A stretch of DNA of 63,863 nucleotides, filler included, from Psammoneis japonica (Eukaryota), in assembly GCA_008632985.1 (NCBI GenBank). It is 3 parts of 3 records of this genome, joined end to end, with 100 filler letters (N's around TTAATTAATTAA, not from the genome) between each part and the next. Parts side by side here need not be neighbours in the genome. Positions count along the whole stretch, not along the records: positions 1 to 29,847 come from QPGO01000411.1; 2 more parts are not named here. The stretch is one strand, 5' to 3'. Below the pieces are notes generated by a model, which had not been told where the DNA came from, searched no databases, and saw nothing but the letters and a program-made list of their open reading frames with translations. Positions within the stretch are counted from its first letter, which is position 1; each line of letters starts with the position of its first letter. Shown one piece after another: positions 1 through 12,900 of this stretch. Position numbers and translations under genes: made by a program.

Positions 1-283
1 AATCATTTTTTGGCATGCTCTTTGTGAGCCATTCTCATCACTTTGATTTGTTGATGAAGTCCATTGCAACACCAGACCAACAACAAAGATGCAGCAGTGG
101 CACCATCAGTGCAGTGCTGGGTGAGTGCACTGGTGGTGCATCAAAGTCCTCATTGGGTGCAAAATTGTGGGCAAGACCCAGTGGATTCTCAGGATCAAAG
201 AAGGGATGGGCAGTTGGTGGCCAAGTTGTCACCAACAGGAGGAGGGGATGTGGCATCTGCTGGACATGACATCAAAGATGCAT

Positions 284-446
284 CAAGCCACTCAGCTCAG
301 AAGAACAATGATAGTAGCACCAACATCATGACACAAGTCTTTTGGGCTCCTGTGATGGCATCTGCATGAACACTCATCTGCTGTTTGGCAGACAGCAGCA
401 ACAAGTCATTGTTTTCTTTCAATTGCTTCATCTTCATTTTTTGTCA
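284..446 (+). mobile_element. Degenerate partial CoDi LTR
   Basis: Aligns by eye to the 3' two-thirds of the LTR at 8438-8683 (caagccac...ctcatctgctg...cttcattttttgtca), heavily mutated. Confidence 0.65.
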
Positions 447-2473
447 CCAAGCATGGCACCAGCAAGTCCAATTCAGGCAAGGCCTCTTCCAAAGTGAAGA
501 AACCCAGTGTTGCTGCAATGCCCTCCCCCATTTGGTGATAAAGGGTTGACCCACAGGGAGCACAGCCCTCACAAAAGGGGCAGGAAGGAAGGTTGACATC
601 ACACTCCATGAACTTGCCAACCATGAGCTGACAAAGAAGTCACATGATGATGTTGATGCTCCAAACCAGGATGGCATGCACATGGATGATGACACACGTG
701 ACAGCAATGATGTTGACAAACTTGCATCAGACAACCACCTGGGTGAAGTGGACATTTCTGACAACAAAGGTGTCTCATCCAATGAGTCCAACATGGCAAC
801 CCCCTGTGAGTGCACTAAGAAGCACTTGTCCAAGCATCAGTGCAAGAAACTGGCTGCGTGCATGGACAAAGCAGCTTCAGCTGCATGCACTGACAAGCAT
901 GTGTCTCACCCAGCCAAACCACTGGACAAATTAACTGTGGCCCCTGAGTCATTTTTCAACTTTCTCTTTAGTTCAGAGGAACATCTTCAGAGCTCCCCCA
1001 CGTGGACAAAAGTCATGAATCTTGACAATGGCATGTCCTTGACAAAAGACTTCACCCAAGTGCATTCAACAATTTCATGTGTCTTGCAAACCTGCTGTGG
1101 GACAGACACCCCCAGACCACCAAATGCAGCAATGACCAGACATCCATGCATTTTGCGCAATGCATGCTCAATGCCCCCCACTTGCAGCCCCTCATGTGTG
1201 ACAAAGAGTTACATCAGGTGATTGCATTGGACAAAAACATCATGGAACATTTTTACAAGGATGGAGCAGTGCACTTCTGCTGTGGCTTTAAGAAGCTCTT
1301 TCAGTTTCCTCAGATGCATGTGTTGACCACATTCATTGACAATTGTGACAGCAATGTCAATGCCTGCATGCTTAAGATCAAGCAGCACCTCTGCACGATG
1401 ACATGCTCAAGGGCACCCTTGTTGAGAAAGCTTTCAATGAGCTTCAAACTGTCTCTGGCAAGTTGTTTGCAACCAAGACCAATTGGACATGCGCTTGAAG
1501 CACCTTGGGTGGACCATTGAGACCCCATTCAAGGAGGCCAACTGCCTCCAGATGGGTGTCAAAGCTTGCTTCCTCACTTTCCAGAGCTCCCTCCAGCAGA
1601 GCTTCCATCTTGAACATTGTGACCATTGCAATTGCCATGGACATCAAGGTTGTGGACTTGTTTGTGAACACAGTCATGGCAACCCTCGTGGCTGCACACC
1701 TTGCCATGGATCTTCACTGTTCTTGAGCATTGAACCTGAGAAAAAGAAACAAGAAAAGGAGTGGGAAGAAAAGACTTGGTGTTGGTGTGACACTTGCATG
1801 ATGTGCTCCACTGGCCACGGCACTGGCACCCATGATGAGCACATTGCCTCCAGCCCAAATCTGGACTTGATTCTAAGCATCATTCCAAGATCCAGTTGGA
1901 CATGGATGAGTTGCAGAAAATTGCTGCCAACTTGTCTCTGTCCCAATCCAATGCCTCTCTTGAACAAAAAAGGAGAGGAGGCAACTAGAAACTTCCAACA
2001 TGCCAAACAACTGGGGATCCAGTTTCATTCCATCTTTTTTCCTGGATTGGTCAAAATGAAAGTAAAAGTGTGAAACTGTCACCACAAATTATAAAGTTGC
2101 ACCAACAAAGACATGGTGTGGTGGGAGAGATCATTGACAATGCTTGTAGATTGGAGACAGCTTTTCAAAACCAAGGATGATTCAACTGTGGCAGCCATGT
2201 GCAAGCCAAACCACACTTGATGTCTGTTTTCATTGACCAACCAGACATGGCTCAGCTGGCAAGGTGTGTGAGACCACTGTTGCCAGGATTCCTGAAGAAA
2301 ACAAGGAGTTGCCAAATGTCCCAGCAGAAGGTGCTGCATGCTTGGCAGATGAGGTGCCTGCCCTCACGTCCAATGAGATGCATGATCTGATCATTGACTC
2401 AGGCACATCTGTCACAATTGCAAACAATGAAGATGAAAAAAACACCAAACCCAATTTAAAGTGATGTTGCACC
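447..2473 (+). pseudogene. Decayed gag-protease region of a Copia-like LTR retrotransposon
   Basis: Fragments KTWCWCDTC...GHGTGTH (gag Cys/His knuckle-like) and LIIDSGTSVTI (aspartic protease DSG motif); many stops and frameshifts; TpA/CpG depleted. Confidence 0.45.
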
Positions 2474-4090
2474 TGACAGAAATTGAAGATGACTGAGTGG
2501 AAGAAAACAACAACTCCTTGCTGCTGTCTAAATGGCAGATGAGTCTCCATGCAGAGACCATCACAGGAGCTGAAAGACTGGTGTCATGACATCGGTGCTG
2601 CTGTTGTCATTCTTGTGAGCCGTGTGGCTTGAAAGCAAACTACATTGTGCATCACGAGTGGAACTAAGAGCACACATAATCATGTGTGATAAACTAAAAT
2701 CTTGTTCAAATCCTGTTTTGAGGTCAGATTGGTTGAAAGCCTTGGGATTGAAGTTCCAAAACATTAGAGGACGAAGGAGGTTCCAGACCTGGGAGTAGCC
2801 CCAGTGCTTGCTGAGGATGTCAGCTGGGTTGCGGGAACCTTCAATGAAATGAAACTTGAGGAAACTGGAGGCAATTGCCTTGTGTGCACAGTGGAACAAG
2901 AGGGTGGTGTGTCGCTTGTGTAACTTAGAGTGTGGGATGGCAGCACCATCCACAACCCACTTGTTGTCCCCAAACATGTAACATGCTTCACGAATTGGGA
3001 TGCCAAGGCAAGGTAAAGTGATGCACAGATCAATGATCTGCTCAACACATGTCCTTGCAGCAACAAACTCAGATCCACACGTGGCAGTCTCGATTGTTGC
3101 TTGTTTCTTGGAGAACCAATCAGCCGGAAACTTGTTGAGGAAATGAATGATGCCCATAACAGAATGTCTGGTGAGCATGCAATGGAACAAGTTTGTGTCG
3201 ACGTAGTGAGTCATGGTGACAAACTTGCCAAGTGCCTCGGGTGCATCTTGTGGGAGCAGCTCTTATGCCTCCCCATACACAGATTGAGCCCAGTCATGCA
3301 TGGGCTTGGGGAGGTCCGAACAGTCTGGTTCCTTGGTGTGCACTTGGAGGGCACCATGTTGCATCTTGGAGAGGAATCCGCAGACACATTTTGCACGGTC
3401 TAGGTGGCCTTGACGGGGTGCTGCATGGAAGCTAGACAGGGACATGATGGCCGCAGCAATGTCAATGCAGCCAAGGGACACAGCCCATTGCAGGGAGCCA
3501 TTCAAGGATTGGAATTGGTGGATGCCATCCGGTCCAAGTAATTCAGAGGTGTCGAGCTCAGGGTGGTCTCCCTTGTCAAGAGGTGAAAGCACGTCAGTAT
3601 GGGGCTTCTCAAGAGGCATGCACAGTTGTCAACCATGCGCTCAATGCACTTGTAAGGAGCAAGGCGCAGGGTGCCATCTGGATCACAGGTGAAGTCGCAA
3701 CCAAGATGGAACTCCAATGGTCCAGTGCCCTTTAGCTTGAACTTGCATTTCTCCATGAGAGTGTCTACAAAAGCCTGGGGGTTCTTCATGGTGAAGGCCA
3801 GGTCATCCACACATGCTGCCACGCACTTACAGTGGTCACCATTCCCACACAGCCAGATGTCGGGTTCGGCTTTGCACGGGAAGAAAAGCAATCGGCAAAG
3901 AGCTCCGGCCTCAGTCTCAAGGTCTGTTGCATCTCCCCACTTGCAGTGGCCATTGCACTCATCAGGGGCCAAGGAGTGCCTGCAATCTTGTGGCACTTCA
4001 TGCCCACACTTGCATTGTGGTGCAGTGCAAAATGAGCACAGCTTGGCTTGGATGGTCATGCAGAATGGCTTCTTCTGGTGCAGAGCTATA
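2474..4090 (-). mobile_element. CoDi (family A) 3' fragment: RT/RNase H remnant plus 3' LTR (2474-2716)
   Basis: Reverse-complement match to about 13650-15723; motifs ACVDDLAF (from YVDD) and NPADILSKHWG; internal deletions remove part of RT and the PPT. Confidence 0.9.
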
Positions 4091-4182
4091 GTCCAGAAGT
4101 GTTTTTACAATTCTGTGTGCATTCCAATTGAAAGTACCTGCATGTTTTCAATGCCAGGTTCCCCGTAGAACAGCCAACCACC

Positions 4183-5949
4183 ATGGCATCTTCTTCCGTC
4201 ACTGACGGCAGCCATTCCCCACCCCGTTGTGATGGTGTGACTATGGCCGATGACATTGCTGCCGACCAATCATCCATCAAGCCTTCTTCCAAACCAACAG
4301 AGCGTCAGTTTGAGGAACTAACCCTTCGTTTTGATGTCAGTGGTCCAGAAGCGTTGTGCAAGCCGATGACTCTTGTTGCCGCTCATTTGCAGGTCCTTCA
4401 ACAAATTCTCTTCACCCACTGCAAGGACGTGAAGATCATGGACAATAACAACAACCAAATTACACACGTCAACGTGGCCGAATGGGTGTCTTCTCTTCAA
4501 CACGAACGACATTTCGTTATTTCAACGACTTGCAAAGGTGAAAAGCGCCCTGTGACTCACCGCTCATGCCACCGGATCTTTACAAAAATTCCTCTTCGTG
4601 ACATTTGCTCTCATCCTCACGTCCAGAGCATTTTGGATTCTAACAACATGGGTATGAAACGTCATTTTTGGAACGAATCAGATGTCGAAACGGCCTCCCC
4701 AGCATACTACATTGCTGCCGCGACTAAACATACTCCCGTCGACGAAGCTACAAAAATGTTTCTCCGAGATCTTGGGAAATGCCAGACAAAAATGCCAAAG
4801 TTTAGGTTGGTGCCCACCTCTATTCGTGCCGATAACAAAGGTCTTGCTCCTCCCCTCCGTGCTGCTGCCTTCGCCATTGAGGTGTTAATGGAGGACTGTC
4901 GCTCTGCCGGAAAGGCCTTGCTTTATGCGCCAGAAAAGTTCCCGACACACATCGTTATGGCCAAGACCCGGCACATCTCCCCTCTCGCCTTTTATAACGC
5001 GGTCAAAATCCAGGCTCATTGGAACGAAGATACTTTCGTCGTTCCGCTGTTGAACACTACTCTGGACATCATGTTTTACTTTGAGAATCAACTCAAGGCA
5101 CTAAAAGACATGAAAGCAATCTTCCCATCAAGCACCACTGCCGGCCAACACAATATCCTCGTCAACCGTCTCGAGTTCAAGTCTGCCAGGGCTGCCATTT
5201 CTACATGCGTCATGAACCTTATCCCAACAATTTCGAAAGAAGCCTACCCCACTCCACTCTTTAGGGATCCTCCTCAAGTCTCTGGCATGCTAGAGGAGAT
5301 GTCGGACACTAGCAAGTCCATTGTATCGGCTAGCATCCGCAGCCTAGAATCTCTTACCTTTTCCGACGTTTCGCCTTTGACAGACAACCAAGCTTCAGGA
5401 ACTCACCAACAACCACCACCGTTAAAATCGGCGGGCCGCGGTTGCGCTGGCAGAGGTCGAGGTTTCCCAGGCCGTGGTGCTCAACAAGGCTCAGCTGTTC
5501 CTCCCCACATCTATGCCCTCTGCTCCCAGAACTCGCCCTCGCTGCCCGGGTATCCCAGTTACCCCGGCATGATTTCTCCTCTGCACTCGTACGCACAGGC
5601 CACCCAGTCGACCGCCAGTTCCATTGCCTCCGTACAGCTGGCTGACGTCCAACGAAACATGTCTCAGATGCAAGAGAAAACCGAGAAAGCCTGGGAGGAT
5701 CTACGTTCACAACACTCACGAGACAATGAGGCGATTAACAATGCATTCACGCAACAACATGCGCAGGACATCGCTGCGTTACAGGCTCAGTGCTCTCAAC
5801 AACTTGCGGGTATGCAGGACCAGATGAATCAGATAGTGCAACTGCTCCAAGCGAATCAACCAGCCCAAACATCAGCAAGGAAACGTCCAAATCACATGGA
5901 CACACCGGATCATTCGGCTGATTCACGAGACAAGGAGAAGGATTTTTAG
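4183..5949 (+). CDS. ORF1 of Ambal-like non-LTR retrotransposon
   Basis: Uninterrupted 588-aa ORF with RGG stretch and Gln-rich coiled-coil C-terminus, directly upstream of an APE-RT ORF2. Confidence 0.7.
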   Translation: MASSSVTDGSHSPPRCDGVTMADDIAADQSSIKPSSKPTERQFEELTLRFDVSGPEALCKPMTLVAAHLQVLQQILFTHCKDVKIMDNNNNQITHVNVAEWVSSLQHERHFVISTTCKGEKRPVTHRSCHRIFTKIPLRDICSHPHVQSILDSNNMGMKRHFWNESDVETASPAYYIAAATKHTPVDEATKMFLRDLGKCQTKMPKFRLVPTSIRADNKGLAPPLRAAAFAIEVLMEDCRSAGKALLYAPEKFPTHIVMAKTRHISPLAFYNAVKIQAHWNEDTFVVPLLNTTLDIMFYFENQLKALKDMKAIFPSSTTAGQHNILVNRLEFKSARAAISTCVMNLIPTISKEAYPTPLFRDPPQVSGMLEEMSDTSKSIVSASIRSLESLTFSDVSPLTDNQASGTHQQPPPLKSAGRGCAGRGRGFPGRGAQQGSAVPPHIYALCSQNSPSLPGYPSYPGMISPLHSYAQATQSTASSIASVQLADVQRNMSQMQEKTEKAWEDLRSQHSRDNEAINNAFTQQHAQDIAALQAQCSQQLAGMQDQMNQIVQLLQANQPAQTSARKRPNHMDTPDHSADSRDKEKDF

Positions 5950-6249
5950 ACAGGGGTTGGACTTCGCCGCCTCCACCCCCTCAGACCATCAGGCATCCAC
6001 CTGACATCTCATCTCCTCCAAATGACTCCCTCACCATCTCCCATTTATTCCGCCGCACTGCCAAGCACCGCAAATTCTCCTACAATGCAGCATCACCCGA
6101 TAGTCAGAGCTCTTAGCCCCAGTCTTCTCCTTGGAGGAGCATGGCCCCAACATGAGTAGTGACTCCTTTAGTGCATCCTACATTAACGAATGGCAATCAC
6201 TCCTGAATGGCACCAGCAATGCAGCGTCAAGCACTTGAAGCATTGATTT

Positions 6250-8437
6250 TTCTCGGCTAACATCCAACGATCCTGTCGGAGATGACCTTCGTCCGAAGTT
6301 ACCTCTCATCATACTCGACTATACGCATTCAACGCCAACGGTTGTGAATTCGACAAAAGAGGTGGTGACATTCGCGAGTGTTGTCAAATAGCAAACGAGA
6401 TCCAAGCAGACGTCGTGGGCATTTCGGAAGTCTGTCTAGACACTATGCAGTATGATGTTCTCTCAGTGTGTCGATCTACTGTACACAATACAATTTCTAA
6501 CGGATGTGGCACCTTCTCATGCAGCTCTACCCCCTTTACTACTCAGTACAAACCTGGTGGTACGGCCCTCTTGTCGGGGAACTACATCTTGGCACGATGC
6601 CGAAGCCAAGAATCAGATCCACTGAGCCGTTGGTCTATTCAGATCTTCGACGGTCGCAATGGTAAGCAAGTCATGTTTATTTCGTGCTACAGAGTTTGTG
6701 CGAAAAATCAAAGGACCCCTGGAAAGACTACGGCACATGCACAAGAACAAGCAGCCCTTTTACAACAAAATGGTGGACAGTCTATTGACCCCAGGAAGGC
6801 CTTTTGTACGGATTTATCTCGCCGCCTACAAGAGTTCTTGGTCGACTCAAATCGCGAAGTTATCATTTGCGGAGATTTCAACACTGACTTCTCGGTTGAC
6901 ACGGACACTCTCGCCTCCCTCGCACAGCGTTTTACCCTTTCGGACGTGTCACACAACTTGATGGGCAGCACTGAATTTTCCACATACACGCGAGGACGGA
7001 AACGCCTGGACTTTGTGCTTGCTGCCGGTACCCCCGGTGCCTTGTCTGCAGCCAGGTTCAGTGGATATGAAGCATTCGGTTATCGTATTACTTCAGATCA
7101 CCGCGCTTACTTCGTGGACTTTGACACGATGGCCTTGTTTGGGAATCCCACTGTTGACTTACCCAAGGCCAGTCTTCTTCACAACCCCAAGTGACGACTT
7201 ACTTAGATGCCATCGGACCGATGTTAGCCAGCAGACAAATCTTGGCTCGCTCACAGGCACTACTCGACCAAGACGTCCCCAATCATGAACTAGCAGAAAG
7301 GTTAGATCGAGACATGTTACAGTTCTCCTTGGCTGCTGCTAAGAAGTGTCGGATCCACCAAGAACCAGAGTGGTTGGTCGAACTGTCACAACTGCAGCAC
7401 CAAGTTTATATCCTTAGCCGAGTGGTCTCAATGATGCATGCTCGCCTGGATCAAGTCAGCCATATCCGCACTATCCGAGACAAGCTACAAGGCTCCTTTG
7501 CCATCCCAGACACGCTGGAGGGATGTCTGCTTGCGCCTCGCGCCGCCCAAGCTGAATGTAGACAAGGTGCTGCTGAGAGCGTCGTACACCGTGAAAATGA
7601 AATGGCCGAGAAGATTGCCTCACTAGAACTGGAAGGCACAAAGGAGTCAAAACAGAAAGCAAAGATTATAAGAAATGTCCGCAAGGCCAAAGAAACCAAG
7701 AAACTTTTCTGTAAGATTGAATGCTGCAAACTGGATAGTGACAATGGAGTCAACAGCGTGCAGGTACCCCGGAATCCCACGGTGAATCCCAAAGAGTGTG
7801 AGGACTGGGTTACCATTGATGCCCCAGATGATGTGGCTTCCGCCATCTGCCACCGTAACCAGTGCCATTTCGGTCAAGCACACGGAACTCCTCCTGCTGT
7901 TCCTCCACTGTCCGTCGACCTTGGTTATGAGGCAGACACGATTTTCGCCGATCTAATCTTAGACGGTGAATACGACACCACCCAACTCAATGAGGCCACG
8001 TCTTGCTTTATTCAGCACCTCGAACGTCGTTCCCCGGTTGCCGTCTCCTCTTACCTCACGGCCAATGATTTAGAGGGTAAGTTAAAGTCATGGAAGGAAA
8101 CCACCTCTACGTCCATAAAGTCAGGATTGCACCTCGGTCATTGGAAGGCCATGCATGCTTCCCACGCTCATTCTTGTGCCAAGACAAAGGATGGAGATCC
8201 GTCGGAGGCCTGCATCCACCTAGATAATGTGCAGCAGACCTTGATGCAAATCCGGCTCAATCTGCTCAATTATGCCTTGCACTGGGGACACTCCTACGAC
8301 CGATGGAGGGACATTGTAAATGTGATGATATTCAAGGAAGCCGGCAATAACAAGATCCATTGTTTGCGCGTTGTTCACATCTACGAGGCAGATTTCCAAC
8401 TTATCTCAAGTGTCCTATGGTGTTCGTTGGCTCAGAA
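6250..8437 (+). pseudogene. ORF2 N-half of Ambal-like non-LTR retrotransposon (apurinic endonuclease plus pre-RT), frameshifted and cut by a CoDi insertion
   Basis: APE motifs FNANG, GISE, GGT, IICGDFN, TYTRGRKRLDFV, SDHR; RT-entry motif FKEAGNNKIH.LRVVHIYEAD. Confidence 0.88.
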
Positions 8438-8683
8438 TGACAGGATTTGAACAAGACTTTAGTTTGTCACACACAATTATGTGTGCTCTTAGTTCCGCAT
8501 GCATCGCGCGATGTAGTTTGCTTTCAAGCCACATGGCTCACAAGAATAACAACAGTAGCACCGATATCAAGACACCAGTCTTTCGGCTCCTGTAACGGTC
8601 TCTGCACGGAGACTCATCTGCTATTTAGACAGCAGTAAGGAGTTATTGTTTTCTTCCACCCCAGTCATCTTCATTTTCTGTCA
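8438..8683 (+). repeat. 5' LTR of CoDi-A
   Basis: Direct repeat of 15479-15723 with TG...CA ends. Confidence 0.97.
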
Positions 8684-8700
8684 GATTAACAGTCTCGCTC
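8684..8700 (+). promoter_or_regulatory. Primer-binding site complementary to a tRNA-Asn(GTT) anticodon arm
   Basis: gattaacagtctcgc immediately follows the LTR; reverse complement GCGAGA-CTGTTAA-TC; conserved at 22059-22075 in family B. Confidence 0.65.
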
Positions 8701-9125
8701 ATTCTTACCCATTGAGCGTTCCTCATCGTCATCAAGAAATTTTCAATGATGCGCACCCTTGGCGGTGGAAGTGCGTGTCTACCTTTTTCACTGCTGGACA
8801 CTGGATTAAATCTACACGTTTGGATTTATCCAATGCCTCCCATCGTTGGATATATTTATTCAACGGATATTTTTTGACCAGGAATTCCCGAATTCTCAAG
8901 CATCCGAGATTCCGGATTCCTCACAGCGGATCCTACTAATCCGTCCGCTCGCGTCCACGCGCACACGATATAAACCCTTGACTCTGGCCCTGCTCTACGC
9001 ACGCCAAGTCTACCGCCTTGTATCTACACCGGATTGCTGGTCTTCTACAGTTCTACAAGGTCCACGAGGACAACTGTGAGAGGAAGCAGTTCGTGATTAC
9101 AGCCTACGTTGGGGCGAGGGTGCAT

Positions 9126-9511
9126 GACGCGTTCCAGGTCTAGGTGGGACCTGGTACTACTGAACTGTGACATCGACAGTTTTTTGAATCTCGTCGTATG
9201 TCGCGCACGTAGAATTCTACGTGATTTTTTGACATTTTGTGTCATTTTACGGTACACTTATTGAGCGATCCGTCCAAAAACTTTTGACATTTTTTGTTAC
9301 AGCGCGATTCTATAATGTCTTAGGAATTGCGTAGGGCAGGTGCAATTGCAAAAACGTCGAGTGGTAAGAGGCATAATTGTACCACAAACTTGGCCGTTTA
9401 TTTGATGTTGATAAATATATGCACTAATTAAATTCTCGTACTACGGAGCTCGCACGTAGAATTCTACGGGCCCAATGTCACACGGAGTCCCACCTAGGGC
9501 TGGAACGCGTC
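9126..9511. mobile_element. MITE (386 bp) inserted in the CoDi-A 5' leader
   Basis: TIR gacgcgttccaggtctaggtgggac / gtcccacctagggctggaacgcgtc; 4-bp TSD GCAT; the homologous family-B leader (~21525-21560) has the empty site. Confidence 0.92.
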
Positions 9512-9905
9512 GCATTTCCCACGTTTGTTCGTCCCTCCACAGCGCCAAATTTGGCCGGCCTGATCGGGTTATCCAACCGATATAAAATAAGAACGGTTCG
9601 GAGGTCTTGTCCACCTCTAGTTAGCTTGTCAGCAGGGGTTTTTAACCCATTACTCCGCTATCAGGCAACCCAAAGCGTCACCAGCTGCGGGTTCGGACGT
9701 GCCGGCACAACCCTACGGACCGGATAGGAAGCTTAGCACTTAACTACGAACGGGGTGTCACAGCCTGGCGGCTTCTGACTCTTAAGATCGTTCAAGACAT
9801 CAAGTCAAGATTCAAGTCAAGTTTCAAGTTATTTCAAGTCAAGTTTCAAGTTGTTTCAAGCCCACACTCCGGTTTAGCTAGTTCCGACATCCACCTAGTT
9901 GCAAC

Positions 9906-12900
9906 ATGGTCCTCACCAGGCAACAACAAATCGATGGCCTCGAGCACATTCTAGGCACTGTCCTGAATTAAGCCACAGACAGTCCATTGCGCTCCGCCCT
10001 CAACATTGATGGAACCGATTCGTATCAGGACCTTTTCACTTTTACACCGATGCAATTGGATGCCCTTGTGTACAACGACGGCACCAATCAAATGCCCTTG
10101 CCACGTGGTTACAAAGCACAGATGGCTGCGCTGATTAGCCTTTACATGGTAAAAGCGCGCGGCGGCGCGGATGTTAGCAATGACCCTCAATTGTTCACGC
10201 AAGAGGAGTTCACCAACTATCATCTTAGTCCTGAGTATGTGGCGTCCCTCTCCATGGGTACAGCACCATCTGCTCCCACCCCTGGCTCGTTGCCACCCAA
10301 ACCACATGATCCCGTGCGTGACTTTAAACGAGGCATCAAACGTGACCCGCTCACCTTCGCGCTTCTCAAGTCTGACAAACAGTGGCACACGTGGCACACC
10401 TCCATCATCGCACAGGCCCACTCCCAAGACGTTGCACGCATTCTCGATCCGACGTACAAGCCCTCTACAGCTGAGAACAAGGCCCTGTTTGCTGAACAAC
10501 AGAAGTGCATGTTCACCGCATTTGAACGGATCTTGCAGAATGACAAAGGCAAGGCTCTTGTTCGTCAACATGTTGGCTCCTCTGATGCTCAAGCGGTGTA
10601 TCGTGATCTCTCCAAGTATGCCCTTACTTCCACTCGCGCATCCCTGGAGTCCTCGTCCCTTCTCACGTACCTCACCACTGCTCGCCTCGGTGATGGCACC
10701 TGGAAAGGATCCACTCATGCCTTCATACTCCACTGGCAGGACCAGCTCCGCGAGTGTGAAGCTCTCATCCCGGGTACGGACCATTTCTCTGCTGGCCAGA
10801 AACGTGTCATGCTTGAGAACGCTGTTCATCCTATCGAGGAACTCCGTAGGGTGAAGAATCAGGCCGATCAGTTCCGCATGCAGAATGGAAAGGGGCTCTC
10901 TTACGAAGAGCACTGTGGACTCCTGCTTTCTGCTGCAACACAGTACGACAGCACGTTCACCTCCAAGATGGCTCCTCGCACTCCACGCCGTGCCATCTAC
11001 GAACATGACCTGGTCCCTGACGACCCTGATGATGATGTATTCTTCGACATCCACAGTGATGTTGACATCATCCAAGCTTGTGCTGCATGAACTCGCGGCA
11101 ATTCCCTCACCAAGGAACAATGGCGTCGCATCCCGCCAGACCATCAGCGCATTTGGGACACCTTACCCCAATCCACCAAGGCCATCATTCTTGCCAACTG
11201 CCACGACTCGACGGCGGTCAACATGCACGACCTCCGCATTGGCAGTGATGGCGATGTCAACTTGTCCGCCAACACTCACGATCTTGCGTCAGCCTCCGCA
11301 CAATCCGACGCTACAGCCTATGCAGCCGATGCTAACCCCATTCTGGCTCATCTCACCAGGCGCAAGCCTCTGCCACCCGGCGACTTGCAACGTCTCCTGG
11401 CACCTGAACAGCCTCCTTCCGCCCATTCTGGCGAGAAACTGCCCGGATCCGCACCTGCCGTCTGCCCCGACGCGAAGCCCATTGACACTGACATTGAGAT
11501 CAACGGCCATAAATGCCGTCGCGTCAACAACCACAACGTCGTCTACTCTGCCTCGACCCACAAGTCAACTCGCAAAGGTGCTCTCGTGGATCGTGGTGCA
11601 AACAGTGGTATCGCCGGTGATGATGTTCGTGTCATTGCCTGCACTGGTTGCCAGGTTGACGTCCAAGGTGTCGACGATCATCAACTAGTCGACATTCCTA
11701 TTGTCACTGCCGGTGGTGTCATCCACACGCAACGCGGCCCTGCCATTGCCATCCTTCACCAGTGTGCCTGCACTGGAAAGGGGAAGACGATACACTCTTG
11801 CGGCCAGCTCGAGTGGTACAAACACGATGTCAATGATCGGTCCATCAAGGTTCCCAATGGTCTGCAGCGCATCACCACTGTCGATGGATACGTCATTCCC
11901 ATTGACATTAAAGCCGGCCTCCCGTACATTGCCATACACCCGTACACCGATGCCGAATGGGACACTCTGCCGCATGTCGTCCTCACTGGTGATGACACAT
12001 GGGACCCATCTGTCCTTGACCACCAGTTCACCGATGATGAAAAGTGGCATGATGCCGTGTCTGACCTCCAAGACGACCCGACTACCAACCTCTTCGATGA
12101 GTTCGGTAACACTATCATCACCACCATGTCGTCAACAACGCCATGCTTACAGACTCCGTCCTTGATGATCACCTGCTCCCGACATCTGATTTCTTCTACG
12201 AATGCCATGAGCGCGAACTCAATCCCAAGGATCCCGACTTTGAGTCCCTCCGCCCCCCCCCACTTTGGCTTTCTCCCAAAGGACACTGTCCGCCGCACTT
12301 ATGATTGCACGACGCAGTGCGCCCGCATGCCAGCCAGCACGCACCTGAAAAAGGCGTACAAATCGCCCAACCCGGCTCTCAATGTCCACCGATGTAATGA
12401 ACCCGTTGCTACAGACACGGTCCACTCCGACACCCCTGCTGTTGACTCTGGTTGCACCAGCGCCCAGCTCTTTGTTGGCATGGAATCTCTCGTCACTGAC
12501 GTGTATGGCAAACAAAACTGACAAAGAATTTGTCAACACCCTCGAGGACAACATTCATAACCGCGGTGCCCCGTCCAAGCTCATCAGCGACCGTGCTCAG
12601 GTTGAAATCAGCAACAAGGTTCTTGGCATCCTTTGTGCACTCTTCATCTCTAGTTGGCAAAGTGAGCCTCACCACCAGCATCAGAATTTTGCTGAACGCC
12701 GCTAAAAAACTGTGAAGACCATGGCCAACACCATCATGGATCACTTTGGGTCCCCAGCTTACACCTGGTTGCTCGCCCTGATGTATGTGTGCTTTGTGCT
12801 CAACCACACGGCGTCAGCCAAGCTCCACTGGCGTACCCCCACCGAGGTGCTGTCCGGCTCCACTCCCGACATCAGCCCACTCCTCCGCTTTCAATGGTGG

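Noticed and set aside
8684..8700. tRNA-Asn gene
   Set aside because: Only the anticodon-arm complement is present, with no cloverleaf; it is interpreted as a PBS.
9126..9412. Classical fungal RIP (CpA>TpA) as the explanation of TA versus CA/TG differences
   Set aside because: Reciprocal TG/CA at one ancestral TA site, Tyr loss in catalytic motifs and TpA depletion of the oldest repeats all point the other way.
9951..11144. Long antisense ORFs (9951..11144, 45997..46731, 58033..58725)
   Set aside because: They are shadows of the sense coding frames with no independent motifs.
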